A stretch of DNA of 62,501 bases, filler included, from Sphacelaria rigidula (Eukaryota): the NCBI GenBank assembly GCA_964200075.2. It is 7 parts of 7 records of this genome, joined end to end, with 100 filler letters (N's around TTAATTAATTAA, not from the genome) between each part and the next. Parts side by side here need not be neighbours in the genome. Positions count along the whole stretch, not along the records: positions 17,888 to 26,730 come from CAXNAA020009960.1; positions 26,831 to 35,673 come from CAXNAA020009961.1; positions 35,774 to 44,616 come from CAXNAA020009962.1; 4 more parts are not named here. One strand, written 5' to 3'. The notes beneath the pieces are model-generated. The model made no database searches. It was not told where the DNA came from and saw only the letters and a list, made by a program, of their open reading frames with translations. The translations under genes and the position numbers were made by a program. Of the stretch, positions 25,648-38,859 are shown one piece after another. The stretch's first letter is position 1, and every line of letters starts with the position of its first letter.

Positions 25648-25948
25648 TTTTCGACGTAGGAAGAGATATCGGGGGATGGGTCTAATCTCCTTCCCGTCGC
25701 TTGAAAACTGTTTAGCAGTGCAGGTGTGTGAAGTCCGAACGCATGATTCATGCTATTTTATTTTGTGAAACAGCTCAATGACACGTTGAATATTTATCAT
25801 TTTCCACTGCCGCCTCGGCTAGTACATTAATCCAGAATCTGACAAGACTTGATCCACAGACCCCTCTTGACTTGGACAAAACCACTCCGACCGATTACGA
25901 AATCGAACGTCGCATTTACATTGTGCAGCACTGCACTAGAGCGCCATA
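25648..25948. promoter_or_regulatory. Putative bidirectional promoter of two plastid-targeted genes
   Basis: 301 bp between the divergent ATGs of atpC and the ferredoxin-like gene. Confidence 0.6.
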
Positions 25949-26233
25949 ATGAGGACGTTTTCAGTGATATCTGCCATCATCATTTCGCTCGTATTAGGCC
26001 TCGCTGATGGCTTCGTAGTTCCGTCAACGTCGCTCAACCTGCGAGAAAAACGAGTCACCAGCTGCGGGATGAACATGCTGTTTGGGGGAGGAGGCAAGAA
26101 ACCGGCCGCTGGAGGTATCACGATCAAGGTTCAGCAGAAAACTGGGTTCAAGGAGACAGAGATCGCGCTTAAAGGGAAGACAAACTTGAGAAAGGCCCTG
26201 CTGGACAACAAAATCGACGTGTACCCCTTGCAG
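25949..26233 (+). CDS. Plastid-targeted 2Fe-2S ferredoxin-like protein (PnsB3/cyanobacterial-type), exon 1
   Basis: Hydrophobic signal peptide ending ADG-F, Ser/Thr/Arg-rich transit peptide, then TNLRKALLDNKIDVYPLQ|GTGTG, which resembles the NLR..ll...idlY segment preceding the NCGGxGxCGTC cluster motif. The cluster exon is not seen before the contig ends. Confidence 0.65.
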
Positions 26234-26730
26234 GTGTGCTGCTTTGCTTGCTTTCCTGGCTGACGCGAGACATGTGCCCTACAGTATCCAGTATTTTGTA
26301 GAGATTTTGTGATATTTGCGTGCGTGTTAATAATACGCGTGCGTGTTCGTTTTGAACCGTACGTGTACTACGAGTATACCGCCGAGACCTGAGGAGGGTC
26401 CCATCGAGTGTCCAGGATCAAACGTTGGTAGTTTCTCCCTCTTATTCACCACCTGATGGCGCATATTGCGACACAGATCTGCCCGCTGCGCTGTCGGCGC
26501 TGCACACTACGATGGAAGAGTACTTGAAAAGAATGCACGGAGGACGTCATGTATGTGCATGTGCAGGGGGAATCACACACGGTGGTGAAGTATTACTGTA
26601 TTGTCTGTAGAGTTTTATAGTACGAGCTGGGCCAGCCTAAAAACGAATTTAAGCTCTAAAAGCAATATCTCATCGACCCAGACGAGTTGGGCCGTGATCC
26701 GCCTATCGTATCAATCATCTAATCAAGGGG

Positions 26731-26830
26731 NNNNNNNNNNNNNNNNNNNNNNNNNNNNNNNNNNNNNNNNNNNNTTAATTAATTAANNNNNNNNNNNNNN
26801 NNNNNNNNNNNNNNNNNNNNNNNNNNNNNN
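26731..26830. other. Artificial contig spacer 3
   Basis: Same 100-nt spacer. Confidence 0.99.
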
Positions 26831-27384
26831 CCAACTAGACTACTGACAAGTCAGCCCTGACTGCTCAGTAGTCTAGTTGGTTGTCTCTTAAACCGTCACA
26901 GTGCACTCCCATGATACCAATATATACATGTATATATATATTGGGCGGGCAGTATGTTTGCAGTCCCACGACACCAATATATATATACATACATATATAC
27001 AAGCCGCACGGGACTCCGGGCTGCGCCCCGGTCCCGTCCGTCTTTTTCGAGGGTCTAGCTAGGGATTCTTGCCTTGCCAAGCCCTCGTGGAAGCCCTCGT
27101 GAGAATATATCCTCCCCCGAAACAATGTTCATACCCGCGGGAAATATTGCAGGACCACCGTGATCGAGCGTCCGTTCGAACGGTCGCGAACGCATGTGTA
27201 CCCCCGCACAAAGTTAAGTACGAATCCGCTAACCGGACCCCTAGCCTTGGCATCGGCCCGAAAGCGGGCGCGGAGGAACTTGCACAGTAAAATCAGCATT
27301 GAATCTCGTGGACGCCTCGTTATAAAGTATGCTTCACGCTCGTGAGTTCGAAATATTCTAAATATATGTATATATATGTATATA

Positions 27385-27650
27385 CTATTGGGCGGGCAGT
27401 ACGTGTGCAGTCCAAGGGTGTCTTGTTGTCGTGTGTGTTGCCATCCCATCTATTCTGGACGCCAGTCTACACCTTTTGGTATATGTGAGCGCATCAGCCG
27501 GGGTCGGGGTCACACAGGAGGAAGGCCAACACATGAGTTTGGGTTTTTACCACCCCACTTTCCCTCTGCGGTGCTTGCCTTAATTTTTATCGCGAGAGGG
27601 GTTCGGCAATCCCATTCCCTCGTCGGCCGTGAAGTCGAAGTCTGGTACCA
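27385..27650 (-). mobile_element. Headless tRNA-derived SINE body
   Basis: Homologous to 4370-4590 and 58570-58620; tail motif attgggcgggcagta(c/t)gt duplicated at ~26940. Confidence 0.7.
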
Positions 27651-28494
27651 ATGTATATTACGCCGGCAATACATCGCAATATTCCAATGTGATCGACTTA
27701 TGTACTCTTCAGGGTGTGAAACATTTTGACACGGACACGCACCAAGGTTCTACAAACAGCCACTTTGGTTTAGATCACTTTTCTTGAGTTGAGGCGGCAA
27801 GACATGTGTTTCTAAGTATTGATTTTCCGCGAAAAAGGAAGCTTTGTTACATGGATTGCCCGGCCTCAGGGATGCCAGTCATGGTGTACTCGTCGAAGAT
27901 CATCGACTACCCATCATACGACACTGTACTAGGTGTATGAATGGGGCACCCAGAACTACTTTTAAGCCTCACCATCGCAGTAAAAGAAATGACGTTGGTC
28001 CTATTTTTTGTTCTGAAAAAAATCTGCCGTCTTGTTTCCATCGTTTCGCGTGATCACCGAACCCTTTGATCGGCAGGGTGGGTCATGTGGGTCATGCTTT
28101 AAATTTTCAGTGTAAATGACGCTTCAAGGGATCGCCTACAGCCTAGCGGTCAAAGGGGCGAGATCCATCTCGGATGAACGTTATGGTGTTGATATGTACA
28201 GTCACTACTGTTATACTTGTACACGCCGTAAAAGTGATCTCCTCCCCTGCGCCACATATATTACCAAGATGAACCTCGAACAAACCTGTTCTCAACAGAT
28301 GACGCAAGACCCCCACCCTTCTCTCGCGACGCGACCACCTAATTGTATGACCTATCAACAACACCAACAGCGAATCTGAAAACTGAAAAACAGAAAAGGT
28401 AGCAAAGAGAAACGCACACATTCACGGGTACATACACACATACTGTACTACAGCAGTGCAGTAAAATCGTCGACGCTCGTTTCTTCTCCAAGGG

Positions 28495-28663
28495 CGTGTC
28501 TTAGCACATTACTTTTCGATCGAAAATATGCGGTGGAAAAGGAAAACTCCGATCTGGTAGGTCGTAGTTCATTTCGAAGATGGTTGAACTCACAACCTAT
28601 CAGATCGGAATTTTTGTTATCTCCCGCACTTTTTTTAATCGAAAATTGATGTGCTAAGACACG
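28495..28663. mobile_element. 169-bp hairpin MITE
   Basis: Perfect 15-bp TIR cgtgtcttagcacat / atgtgctaagacacg, and inner arms aactccgatctggtaggt..agttca / tgaact..acctatcagatcggaatt. Confidence 0.8.
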
Positions 28664-30647
28664 GGCTAAGAACCATTTGCTGCGTCTAATTCTTGTTCTT
28701 CTTTTTTGACCTGTTGCTTGCTTCGCGCTTTCTCCAAGTGGTGCTTCATCTGGGACGGATGAAGAACACACGTTCATGAAAAAATTGTGCATCGAGTAAG
28801 GGTCACATTGGATGACGTGGCACGCATGGAGGGGAGCGGGGGGCAGGGAGGGCATCGTGTATCGACAGCATGCATAGACATAGCGTAGTTATGGCCAAAA
28901 AGACAAACATGATCCTTCCACCTCGTTCAAAGCGAATGTCCAACATGTACGGAGCGCATATAATCCAACGTCAGGGGGGTAGCAAGCGTCTGTCTCTGAG
29001 AACAACATATATATATATATATATATATACATATTTATCACCGCCAGTCCGACCACAAAAGTGCGGTTCCGTACAAAAACGAGGACGAGTCTTCAGAAGC
29101 AGAATACCATGACTTTCTGCAATGTCCACATAATGAGCGACCGAATCACGAAAAAACGTCCAGCATCCGGTACAAGCACCCGCCGTTATACGGTTCCGAT
29201 GGCCGCGGTTTTATCGGCAGCGAACTACTCGTCGTGGCCGAGACATCTGCAATCCCGTAAACATTTCTCGAGACGGTGACGGCTTTCAATTTGTCTGTAT
29301 TTCTGTTCTCGGCGATTTGCGTCTTGGGCGACGAATGGTCTGCTGTTGACGGAACCACGATCACTCGAGCGGCGACAGCGAGCACTTGTACCGAACTTCA
29401 GACGGATTATCGTGATTCGACTGCTGTTTCGTTGGAAAATTGCGGACGACCGTTCCGTCCCTTGTTCTGGAGTCCCGTCCTCTTTTGACGAGACCGGTCA
29501 CGTTGTAGTGCTTGTTGCTCGGCCTTGCTGTGCTCGTATATTTCATTTCGTATTCAAGAAGACCCCTATCGTGAAAACGTTGAAACCAAACGCTCAGAGT
29601 GTTGACCAAGAAAATGTCATTTTTAGATGTGATATATATATATATATATATATATATGTACTTCGCATATTGATTGTCGCACTTTAACTGACCCCCAGGG
29701 GTTCAGCCGTGGTCTCGTGATAGACGCACCTGAGAAAAACCAAACTAAAACACGCTCTGGAGAAAAAGAAGGAACACGAAAAGAAGGAACAGGATGATTG
29801 AATGAAGAAATATACCGCAACGAGTCAACAAACGCGTGGCTCGTGTACCATGGCAGGTTAGCTTCCGGTCACTATCGTCCTGTCGACGGCGCATGCATGT
29901 CTTGAAGGCTATATCTGCGTGTAGTTCTCTCTGCCGAGTATATCTATATACCTGTAAAAAATGAGGTTTTCGTTGGATTAAGAGTAAAGCATTCGATTGA
30001 GAGTCAGCTTTCTCATGTTCCCTCGAATCATAACTGCGTGTCCCTGATTCGTAAACTGGGCGGTCAAGGGATTAAGATTCCGACGAGTTAGGTCGTTGGA
30101 TGCATAGTCTGAAAGCAAGCTACGCTGGTATACGATTCCTTAGAATCGCGATGGGTCAATACCCTACACTTGCATTCAATGTATTAATCGGAAGAAATAT
30201 TTTCAGAATGCAGGGCATTATGCGCTACACGAAATCATAAGCTGCTTCGACGCATCGATGAAAGGAATGTTTCGAGGGTTCATATACTTATTGACCTCCT
30301 GGTTATTCTTATTTCAACAAAACGGATCGTCCCCATTGTTTTGCGTCAGTGTTTCGTCCACTAATGGAACGTACAAAAAACAACTATTTTCCGATTTAAA
30401 GCTGACTCTCGACCGTGAGTTACCCCATAAATCTCACGAAATCCTTGTCATATACCAGTATAGCATATGTGATGATGTTTGCCGACAACCAACAGGCGAC
30501 AAGAGAGACGTTGAAACGTGCCAGCATTGTCCATTCGCAACCCATTCGAAATTTACGCACCAGACCTAATTCGCCGTAATTTTTAGAGTTTCGTATGGAG
30601 GGTGGGGTGGCTGGCACCTGGAACTGTCGTTTTCGGCAGAGACAGAC

Positions 30648-31898
30648 CACGTTGAACTCTCCAGGCCCTCTCTCCTGCGTATCCGCCAGTGTATCGAGTG
30701 TTTTCGTGTGGGTGTCGACGCCGTTGGCAACGGGGGTATGTCTAGCACCACATCAAACAAGATCTTCCCAACACACATGATATCCACCACTCGCCCCAAA
30801 CTTGCATGTCATAGCCAAGGGTGACATTCGTACATTCCTCGAGGATCACGAAGGTATCAATCATCGAACGTCGTACTCTTTCGCTGTGGCTTGTTTGCAA
30901 CTAGTGGAGTATTTGCATGTACATATATGTATATGTATATATATACAGCTTACTACACACAGTACAGTGGGGCCGTCCACTTTGATACAGCATAGTGCGA
31001 GCAAAAATTGATCGACCGGGACTCAGCTTCGAAATAGATCGGGCTCTACCTGATCGATTGATTGACCGATTGGTGTATTGTCGTACTATATTTAACTGAT
31101 CCCCGAGGGATCTAGCCGTGGTCATTATCCACAAGATAGACGTGTCCAAGGTATCCTACCGCCATTCAGTTGGGCCCCGCCGTAGAAAGAACAACCTTGA
31201 AGTGGGGACACAACGAAGTAATATCTTAACTCGGGCGCCAAAACATAAACTTTCGAACAAGTAACTTTGTTTTACGTACGTACCTGTGAAGTGCGGCACG
31301 TATACCCTGAGCTATTTCGCAAACTTATTTAATCGATTTATGGGGTGACTTACTGACTGAACGATCGGCGGGTTGATTGTTCAACACAACGATTATTTTG
31401 TTTACATCACAAAGCTGCTTTCGAAAAAAAGTAGCACATGGTATACTTGGGCCACCATCCTTGTGGGGAGGGGAACGAAGTCTGTGAAGGTTCCCGGCCT
31501 CCTCGATTCTTGAGTACGCCCGTTCAAAAGGGTTTAGCTGCTAAGATAGCAAGAACACGAACTACGGCGTCAACCCCCCGCCCCCCCCCCCCCCCCCACC
31601 GGCGCGGTTTGGCGCCTCCTGCATAATCGCCTAGAACCCCAGAAATTTTGCGCCTTTAATGAAATCAATTAAAAATGCACATATTGACAGGCTCAAAGAC
31701 CAAGTAACCGGCAGCCCCTCGGATTCTCTTGTTTGTGCTCGTTTGCCATTTTGTCATTTTTCAATGCGGTGTGTATTGGCTTTAATATGAAACACATACA
31801 AACCAGGATGTAACGCGCATGAAGGGCAGACAGAGGAAGCCCATGTTTGTCTCCAGTCGCTGACGAGCGACACAGAAACGATATGATATGACGACGAC

Positions 31899-31935
<37 letters not shown>

Positions 31936-34896
31936 CTGAGATGACACTAAGATCGCAACGCTTTTACAGCCTACGTTCATGTATAGTTGCACCCGTGGCG
32001 CGTAAATATATACATATATACATACATACATACATACATACATACATACATGCATGCATGTAATGAACGAATCAAATTAATTTAGTGCATGAACAATATG
32101 GTACGCAAATTTATGGGTGAGGGTACCCACCTCTATATCCCTGGCTTTGTCGACAATCAAGTCAGCGTTTTTGTTGAGCTCCTCGGCAATCTCCGCCTTT
32201 AAAGCGCCGAAGGTCTCGATCCCGAGGTTAGCTATTCGTCCGGCAGCGTTAGATTCATTGAACACCTGCGGGTGCGCAGCATGCGCGTTCATGTGCGTGC
32301 GTGCGTGTGTATTTCCAACGAAACAAAAAAACGCACCACAGTGGGTAGTATGTGGTATATATCTTCTCTTTGGTTTTAATGCCCGCCGACAGGAGCCCGC
32401 AGAAATTAGATCGTCATCCATAAAATAAGGTGTTTATCCAAAGTATGTACTGAAATTTTGTGCTGCCCTAGGTTTTACCAAGCTGAGGCATGTATGCGGC
32501 TAGCCCCGAATCTTCTGCGGGCGGTTGCCTAAATATCCAAGCGCCTAAATATCCAAGCGCTTGGCTTCTCTGATCTATGCAGGAACGTCACGAACACTTT
32601 TTCTATGCTGTAGTGTCCAAAAGTTCGGTGGTGTAGCATGTGTCCTGAATCATAACATGGTTGTATTGGAGAAGCGCCTATTTTCAACACCACCAGCTCC
32701 GTAACGGTTGCCGTAAGTTGGGATCGATAGCTACCCTTCAAGTGTCTCGTCTGTCCTCTTTCATGGGGCAATCTAATCCGTGTTTCGCGCATTTACCAGC
32801 GGCGTTTTTTTCCGCCCCGCGATCTTTATTGCCATTGTCGCTAGTTCTGCTTCGGGGGTGATCGCTCTCCCCCACGCATTCGGTCAGACGGTCGGCCTCC
32901 TTCCAAAGATTCGAGCGTCAATTTCCATATTAAAGATTCGAATGTCAGTCAAGCAGATTTAAACCAAGGGCAGTTTGACCTTTTGACCAGCAAAGGTTGG
33001 GTCATCTGGGACACACGGTCAAATTCAACTGAAAATCATGTCGATGCAACGGGTGACATACAGTACCCTAGCGGCCAACACGCTAGCCATGGATTTCTGG
33101 TGACGGGCTTGCATAAACTCTCCTGCACCTCCTTGCTATATATGTACGTACCCACCTTCTCGAGCTCCGCTGCGTCAGCCGGCGGCCACAACTTTCGGAA
33201 CCTGAGCTGTTGCGAGTTGCTTGTGGCGAACACCTATCCCCTCCACCCCCCGTTGTTTCCGTGTTATTTTTTTGTGGCCAGTTCGAGAGCCAATTTGACC
33301 GGAAACAATGAAATGTCCACGATGCAGGAGGGAAGGAGGTCAGGGCTGCATACCGGGGGGGCGGACATACTCATTTGTTGCATGCCTTGGTTGTTTGACC
33401 ATTGACCACGCATCCCTTTCGAGACGGAGCACCGTTCCTACTCCTAATAGAGACACCTTCAACATTCCGGCGCTCATTACGTCTCTTCCATACATGACAC
33501 AAGAACCTTTTTCATATCTTATCCCCGTCCTGTTTCGCCGTCTGTGGCTACCATCTCTATCCTAGTATAGCGATGGTTTTCTTGCTATACTATCCAATGT
33601 ACCAAAACGATTTCGTGCCACCTTCGTTCACTCCCCGTACTTCCCTCTCTAACACGTCTAGTTCCTCCTTGTATGGTTCCCATTCTGCCACCAGATGCAT
33701 TCTAACCTCTATTGCTTTGCCACACCAGAAGGCGGGAGGGGAGGGGGAAACAGGGAGGGTAACGAGTTGTCGGTAACAAGCATTTTGCAAGAACACTACC
33801 GTACGCCATGCAGGTCTGCATGTTGCACGTACATCATATCGTGCGTGTGTTCACCCAAATTATGCTTTCACTTTCCCCCCTTCTTCGGGAGGAAATCGTA
33901 GTGTCAAGGGACCATCCCATGAGTTTCTCCTCTGGTACCTGGCTGGCAAGTACTACTGTAGAATTGGAGCCATGGATCAGCACTTTCGCAGTTCATCGAG
34001 CTTCACATGCATTTATACCTGGTACTCATGCCCTCATGCCTTCAGAGACGGAAACCAGGTTTGTGAGAGTAAAACCTATATTGAGATAATGGCCAATATG
34101 ATTACATCTGTCGGGAGTTCAAACCCACGGAAGCCTCGGTCAAACTGGTCGTTGGTGTACTACATTGACCGTTGGGGGCGCAGTGGCACGTGCCTGTGGA
34201 TCGTACCAACCATGATTATTTCAACTCAAAGACCGATGGTTGGACGACAAGATAGCCACCGCGTATGATGTATCTTTGTCAGGTTCGTATCTCAAAAGCG
34301 GGGAAAGTACGACTTGTACGTGTTCCGTGACGTACGGCGTCGGCATGCTTTGACGCACGAATACAGAGATCCGAGGACGAAACTTGATGACATTTCCCTC
34401 CGTACATCGTTCTACAATAAAGACAAAATATACACCAATGCACACACGCTACTCAGAGTAACATATAACTGCCAGCAGTCAAGGGTGAGGCTGCAAATAG
34501 TATTGTCTATATCTATAAACCTTCCACAGAAAGTATCGCTCACTCCCCCACAACCCAAGCACGTGTGGCAGTGGATCACCTGCACATGACAAGCCCTCCG
34601 GTCTGTTGGCCATGCGTGCCTACACCGAAAAATTGAATAATACAACAAGGACATCATCACCTAGTATCATCCCTACTGTACGGTTTGCGTTTCTCAGGGA
34701 ATTTTTGACCCACAGGAACCCCCGATTCTATCCACAAGATGTTGCACTTGTAGAGTAGGCGTGATTCTGTTCTTGAGCCGATTGTCCACGAGCTGGAGTA
34801 CGACACTACCCATACGCGACGGTGCTGGGCTACGCACGCGCGTACGGGGCGAGAAGTTCCTACCGTAGCGAGAATATTTCTGATCCTTGACCGTAG
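30648..34896 (-). CDS. Multi-exon hypothetical protein (partial model)
   Basis: GT-AG-bounded open exons 34864-34896, 34359-34411, 33156-33201, 32131-32265, 31804-31859, 31160-31195, 30648-30741 chain in phase (NDVRREMSSSFVLGSLYSFRKLWPPADAAELEK...VFNESNAAGRIANLGIETFGALKAEIAEELNKNADLIVDKARDIERLETNMGFLCLPFMRVTSWLFFLRRGPTEWR). No family recognised; extra exons near 34790 and 32850 are unresolved. Confidence 0.45.
31890..32055. repeat. (GAT)n and (TACA)n microsatellites
   Basis: Seen directly at ~31898-31934 and ~32018-32050. Confidence 0.95.
33400..33715 (-). mobile_element. Non-LTR retrotransposon 3'-end fragment
   Basis: Minus frames read HLVAEWEPYKEELDVLERE...RNERRNVEGVSIRSRNGAPSRKGCVVN, resembling a decayed ORF2 C-terminal Zn-finger region. 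Homologous pieces at ~8730-8800, ~13283-13323, ~13455-13560 and ~54108-54185. Confidence 0.6.
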
Positions 34897-35673
34897 CTGA
34901 AAAAAATGTCCACCACTGGCTCTCTCCGTGATCAACACAACGACAGATTCTTGACAAAGACGATTTCGGGTTCGGATGTTACCGCCATAACAGGGAGTGA
35001 AGAATTGTTTTCTTTTGTTGCTGTTGTCACACTTTCGATGCCTCTTCTTCCTCGTGACGGAACACAGTCTCACGAGATCGATCCATCTCTCCCCCAGTAC
35101 ACGCGTCACATTTTTGGCATCGCGGATTGGATCATGACTAAAATTACCACACCGCGACAACTCTCGTCGAATAAAATAATTATTACCGCATTTTAACTAT
35201 TGACCGCATCATGTCCAGGGTGTGGAATATTCAATATACCACAGTACCCACGGGTATTTGGCTTCCCTACCCTGCTCCACCCTGAGCAACATTGCAACAT
35301 TTCTTTGCTACTCTCGTCCTGACGTTTTCACCCACGAAAATGTGACTTTTCCCAGAAAAAAAAACGCATCTACCGGTCGTCGAAGCGGTGTTTGTCCCCC
35401 CTGACAGGCTTCAGGTGTAACGGTTACACACGTAGGACAAGTCATTACTCGTCGAAACGAGTGCACTCGTGCATGTTTTTTGAAAACGCAACGAGCATGA
35501 CTCGTGTGCTCGAGTCGTTATTTTTTTGTACAACGAGCAATGACTCGTGTGCTCGAGTCATTATTTTTTTTCTACAACGAGCAATGACTCGTGCGCGAGT
35601 GATGCTACGGTAGGGGTACCGAAATAATTTCTGAGATTAGAATTGTTAGGAGCCCCTTATCTCATCCAAACAC

Positions 35674-35773
35674 NNNNNNNNNNNNNNNNNNNNNNNNNNN
35701 NNNNNNNNNNNNNNNNNTTAATTAATTAANNNNNNNNNNNNNNNNNNNNNNNNNNNNNNNNNNNNNNNNNNNN
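35674..35773. other. Artificial contig spacer 4
   Basis: Same 100-nt spacer. Confidence 0.99.
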
Positions 35774-36394
35774 AAAGTGCCTGGTTTGGGGAGGCAAAAT
35801 CTTCACACGTGAATCGAAATGGAAAAAATCGAGCACAACGAGCAGCTGGAGATTCCCACGCTTGGGTTCATTCTCGCCAATGTCGCCCACATGAGGCGCT
35901 TCATGCAGCCTGAACCTGAACCTCAGGCGTTGTATGACCATTTTTTTTGTGATACTTTCAGGCTGTTTTTTTGGGGGGGGCTTTTGTAGAAAGTGTCTGG
36001 TAGTGTAGATGCCGCTGCTGCTTCTCCTTCTCGTGCGGGAGGCGGCCGGCATTTCGACAGTGCGGCAATGCCTTTACACCTTGCGCGTGATTGTCGCCCT
36101 GTTAGAAATCGCTGATCTGTTTGCGTGCTGTCACCGTCATTTGCATTTTCAGATATCACCTATTTTTTCCATTGATGAGAATGACGCCTCATTTTTCATC
36201 ATTCCTAGTCGTATCATTTTCGCTTTTTCTGTCTCGCTCATACAGGGCCGAAGACATTTTATGATGGGGGACGAATGCCAAATGTACAGAGACTCCAATC
36301 TGTGCAGAATCGAGGAGACTCATATCTGCAGAAGTCAGCTTTGTAGGCCCGCCATTATGGCTTCATAGATATGTTGAAATAGTTTTGTACATGG

Positions 36395-37335
36395 AGGGTC
36401 CTTCTCTGCAGGGGTGTGGTATCGCCTTCACAGTCAAGCCGAGGAACAGGTAGGCAGTTAGTCATGAATCATCCTTTAAGAACAGCGTCGTACCGTGGTG
36501 CCCTAGGGTATAATGCAGTGAAGGACACTCCACCATCACAGTACACGATAATGCCGTGTGGCACTACATGATGGCACAGTCGCGGTATTGCGAGGACATT
36601 CAACAGTGCAAGGGTCGCACAAATCAATGATTCGTACTGGATGAATCAATCCTTAGGCTTTGGTTCCAGAGTTGCAACCCAGGTACACACGGCCCGGGGA
36701 CGTGGAATGGCGCAAACGTTGCACGGGGACCTTCGTGACCAGAGGTCAACGTTTTTCTCTCTTCCGAGCAATCACGCCTCAAAAATCGTAGATTTAGTTA
36801 TTTGAACTGGCGATGATTCGTCCTAACCGTGCAACAGTGTGCAAGCAGAGTTCAGCAGTACAGTACAGTACACCACTACAGTGCAGCGACAACAGAGAGT
36901 AGGACCGTACAGTACCGTTCGTTATGACAATACATTCGGCAGCGCAGTACATCATGATATATCACCATCGCCGCAGGGTACGGCTTCAACACTCTTATTC
37001 GCTTGTCAAACCCCGTGCAGAGCTGCTCCAGCAGCTGGCGCCGGCAGGCATGGCCCATGCTGTCAAGAGACTGTCTGTTGCTGCGGTTACAAAAATATCA
37101 AACGCCAGTTGTCCTATCACCGTAAGTCACTGCACGTGCGTCACCTCCTCCTGTTTTGGGGAGCCTCGATTTTTTCCCGATGTGGTTTCAAATTCGGGGA
37201 AAACCTTTCTCGAACGGTGATATCCCAATCTGAGCTTTCCCAATATGGACCAAATTAAGGGCCATATTAGGTGTTTCCCTATTTGAGTTTCCCCGAGCTG
37301 CGTACAGATCAAGATTGGTGCTTGCCATAAAAACT
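36395..37335 (+). repeat. Long dispersed repeat, paralog at ~60180-60860
   Basis: Colinear similarity (gtgtggtatcgc...ccctagggta...cagcagctggcgccggcaggca); 37940-38003 also matches 60958-61020. Confidence 0.85.
36609..36831. mobile_element. hAT-like MITE nested in the long repeat
   Basis: 8-bp direct repeat CAACAGTG at 36601-08 and 36832-39; imperfect CA-starting TIR (13/18 matches); absent from the paralog at ~60380. Confidence 0.7.
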
Positions 37336-38859
37336 GGTCTCAAGGGTAAGTCCAACGAGACCAGAAACCGAGAGAGCGCGACGTGAGAGTGATGTTGATT
37401 ATGGTGGCTTGAAGTTTTTTTTTTTCGGTGTTTCCGAACGGTGGTGAGTTGATGCCAAGTTTCCATCTCCCCCGAAATCACTCTCACAAAAATTGATCAT
37501 TTGGGATTGATTTTCATGAGAGCGGATGGACATCATTCGCGTGAGAATGCGAAGAGGAACGTCACATGGTTGCAAGGCGTGGGCTGTTCGGCTCTTCATG
37601 GGGTACACAGCTGACTTTCCCATCACCAGCAGTAGTACCCAAGTTCGCTTCAACCCATAGACAGCGAGCATCGCCTCGGGACGGTTCACAGGCTGACAGT
37701 GCACGTCGTCCCAGCGCTACAGCTGCTGGAACACAGGGCGTACGTATGGATGATTTGGGTGCCTCCATTCCCGTTGATTACCAAGACGAGCTTAGTCCCC
37801 TTCACTAACTCTCTTCACTACTGGGACAAATCAATTGCTTTCATATCTTCTCATGTACTTTATCCTTGGAGGATCCGGGGACATCTGCGGGTTTCCAGGG
37901 GGCGGGGGGGCTTTTGACAGGGCGCAGGGGGCCTGTTCGCAGAACAGCCGAAAAGCTCACCTAGTCAACCATGTGTGTTTGTAAGTTTCTCACGGGAAAT
38001 TATAAGCCAGGAACGAGGTCCGAGAGGAGCGGAGTGACCATTCTGACCAATCACGGGTATCAAATTGGTCACTTTGTCCCCCTAAAGGTGGACTCCCAAG
38101 TGGGCAATTTCGCTGTACAGCCGTATTCATCAGTTTGGTCACGACGATTCAACCATAGATCACGTGGGCACAGATGACGTGCTCTCTACTCTGCTCATGG
38201 TCCATGCCGCCTGCTGATCCCCCGTGTGTTGCCAGGACAGCTTCACACTGTCTGCAGTGTTGTTGCGGAACAGCATGCAGTAGATTGTGTTCAAGCTGGG
38301 AGCGATGGCACCCTGACCGTTCCTTGCCGCTGGATCCAGCAAAGGCATACAGTACACAGACGGTACTGACTCTGCACGCCATGGACTGCGGGGTCAAAAC
38401 CGGTCAGGGGATTGCCGGCGCTGTTTTCTACATAGATCCTCAACATCCACATGATTATGGGGCGTTCTGTGCAGAGAGGAAGAGCTGCTCTGAACCCCAA
38501 AAGTGGCACAGTCTATCTCAGTCCACCTGCGCGCGGGGGGGAAGGGGGGGGTCGCTGTCTGAGGCCGCTCCTTGCGGCAAACAAGAAGATTGTTTTTTTT
38601 CTTCGTCGTTTTGTGCCCTAAAAGAACGGTAGGCGGTGTTCGAAACCTTGGAATAGCTTGCTCTACCCGTTGAGACGGTCCCTGGACACAAATCGCGTTT
38701 TCGGGTGGCCGCAGTTTTGTTTTCGTCAAACAAGCATTTATGTTCAAGAACGGTCAAATCTAGGAAAAGTTGTCATTCTCTTAACTTGACCGTCTCCAGA
38801 CAAAAATTCTTCTGTGTGGCTTAAATAGAAACTGCGGCACCCGAAAACGCCATTTTCTG

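Noticed and set aside
9123..26233. Photosynthesis/CCM gene cluster of beta-CA + atpC + ferredoxin
   Set aside because: Beta-CA is on a different, artificially joined contig; only atpC and the ferredoxin-like gene are truly linked.
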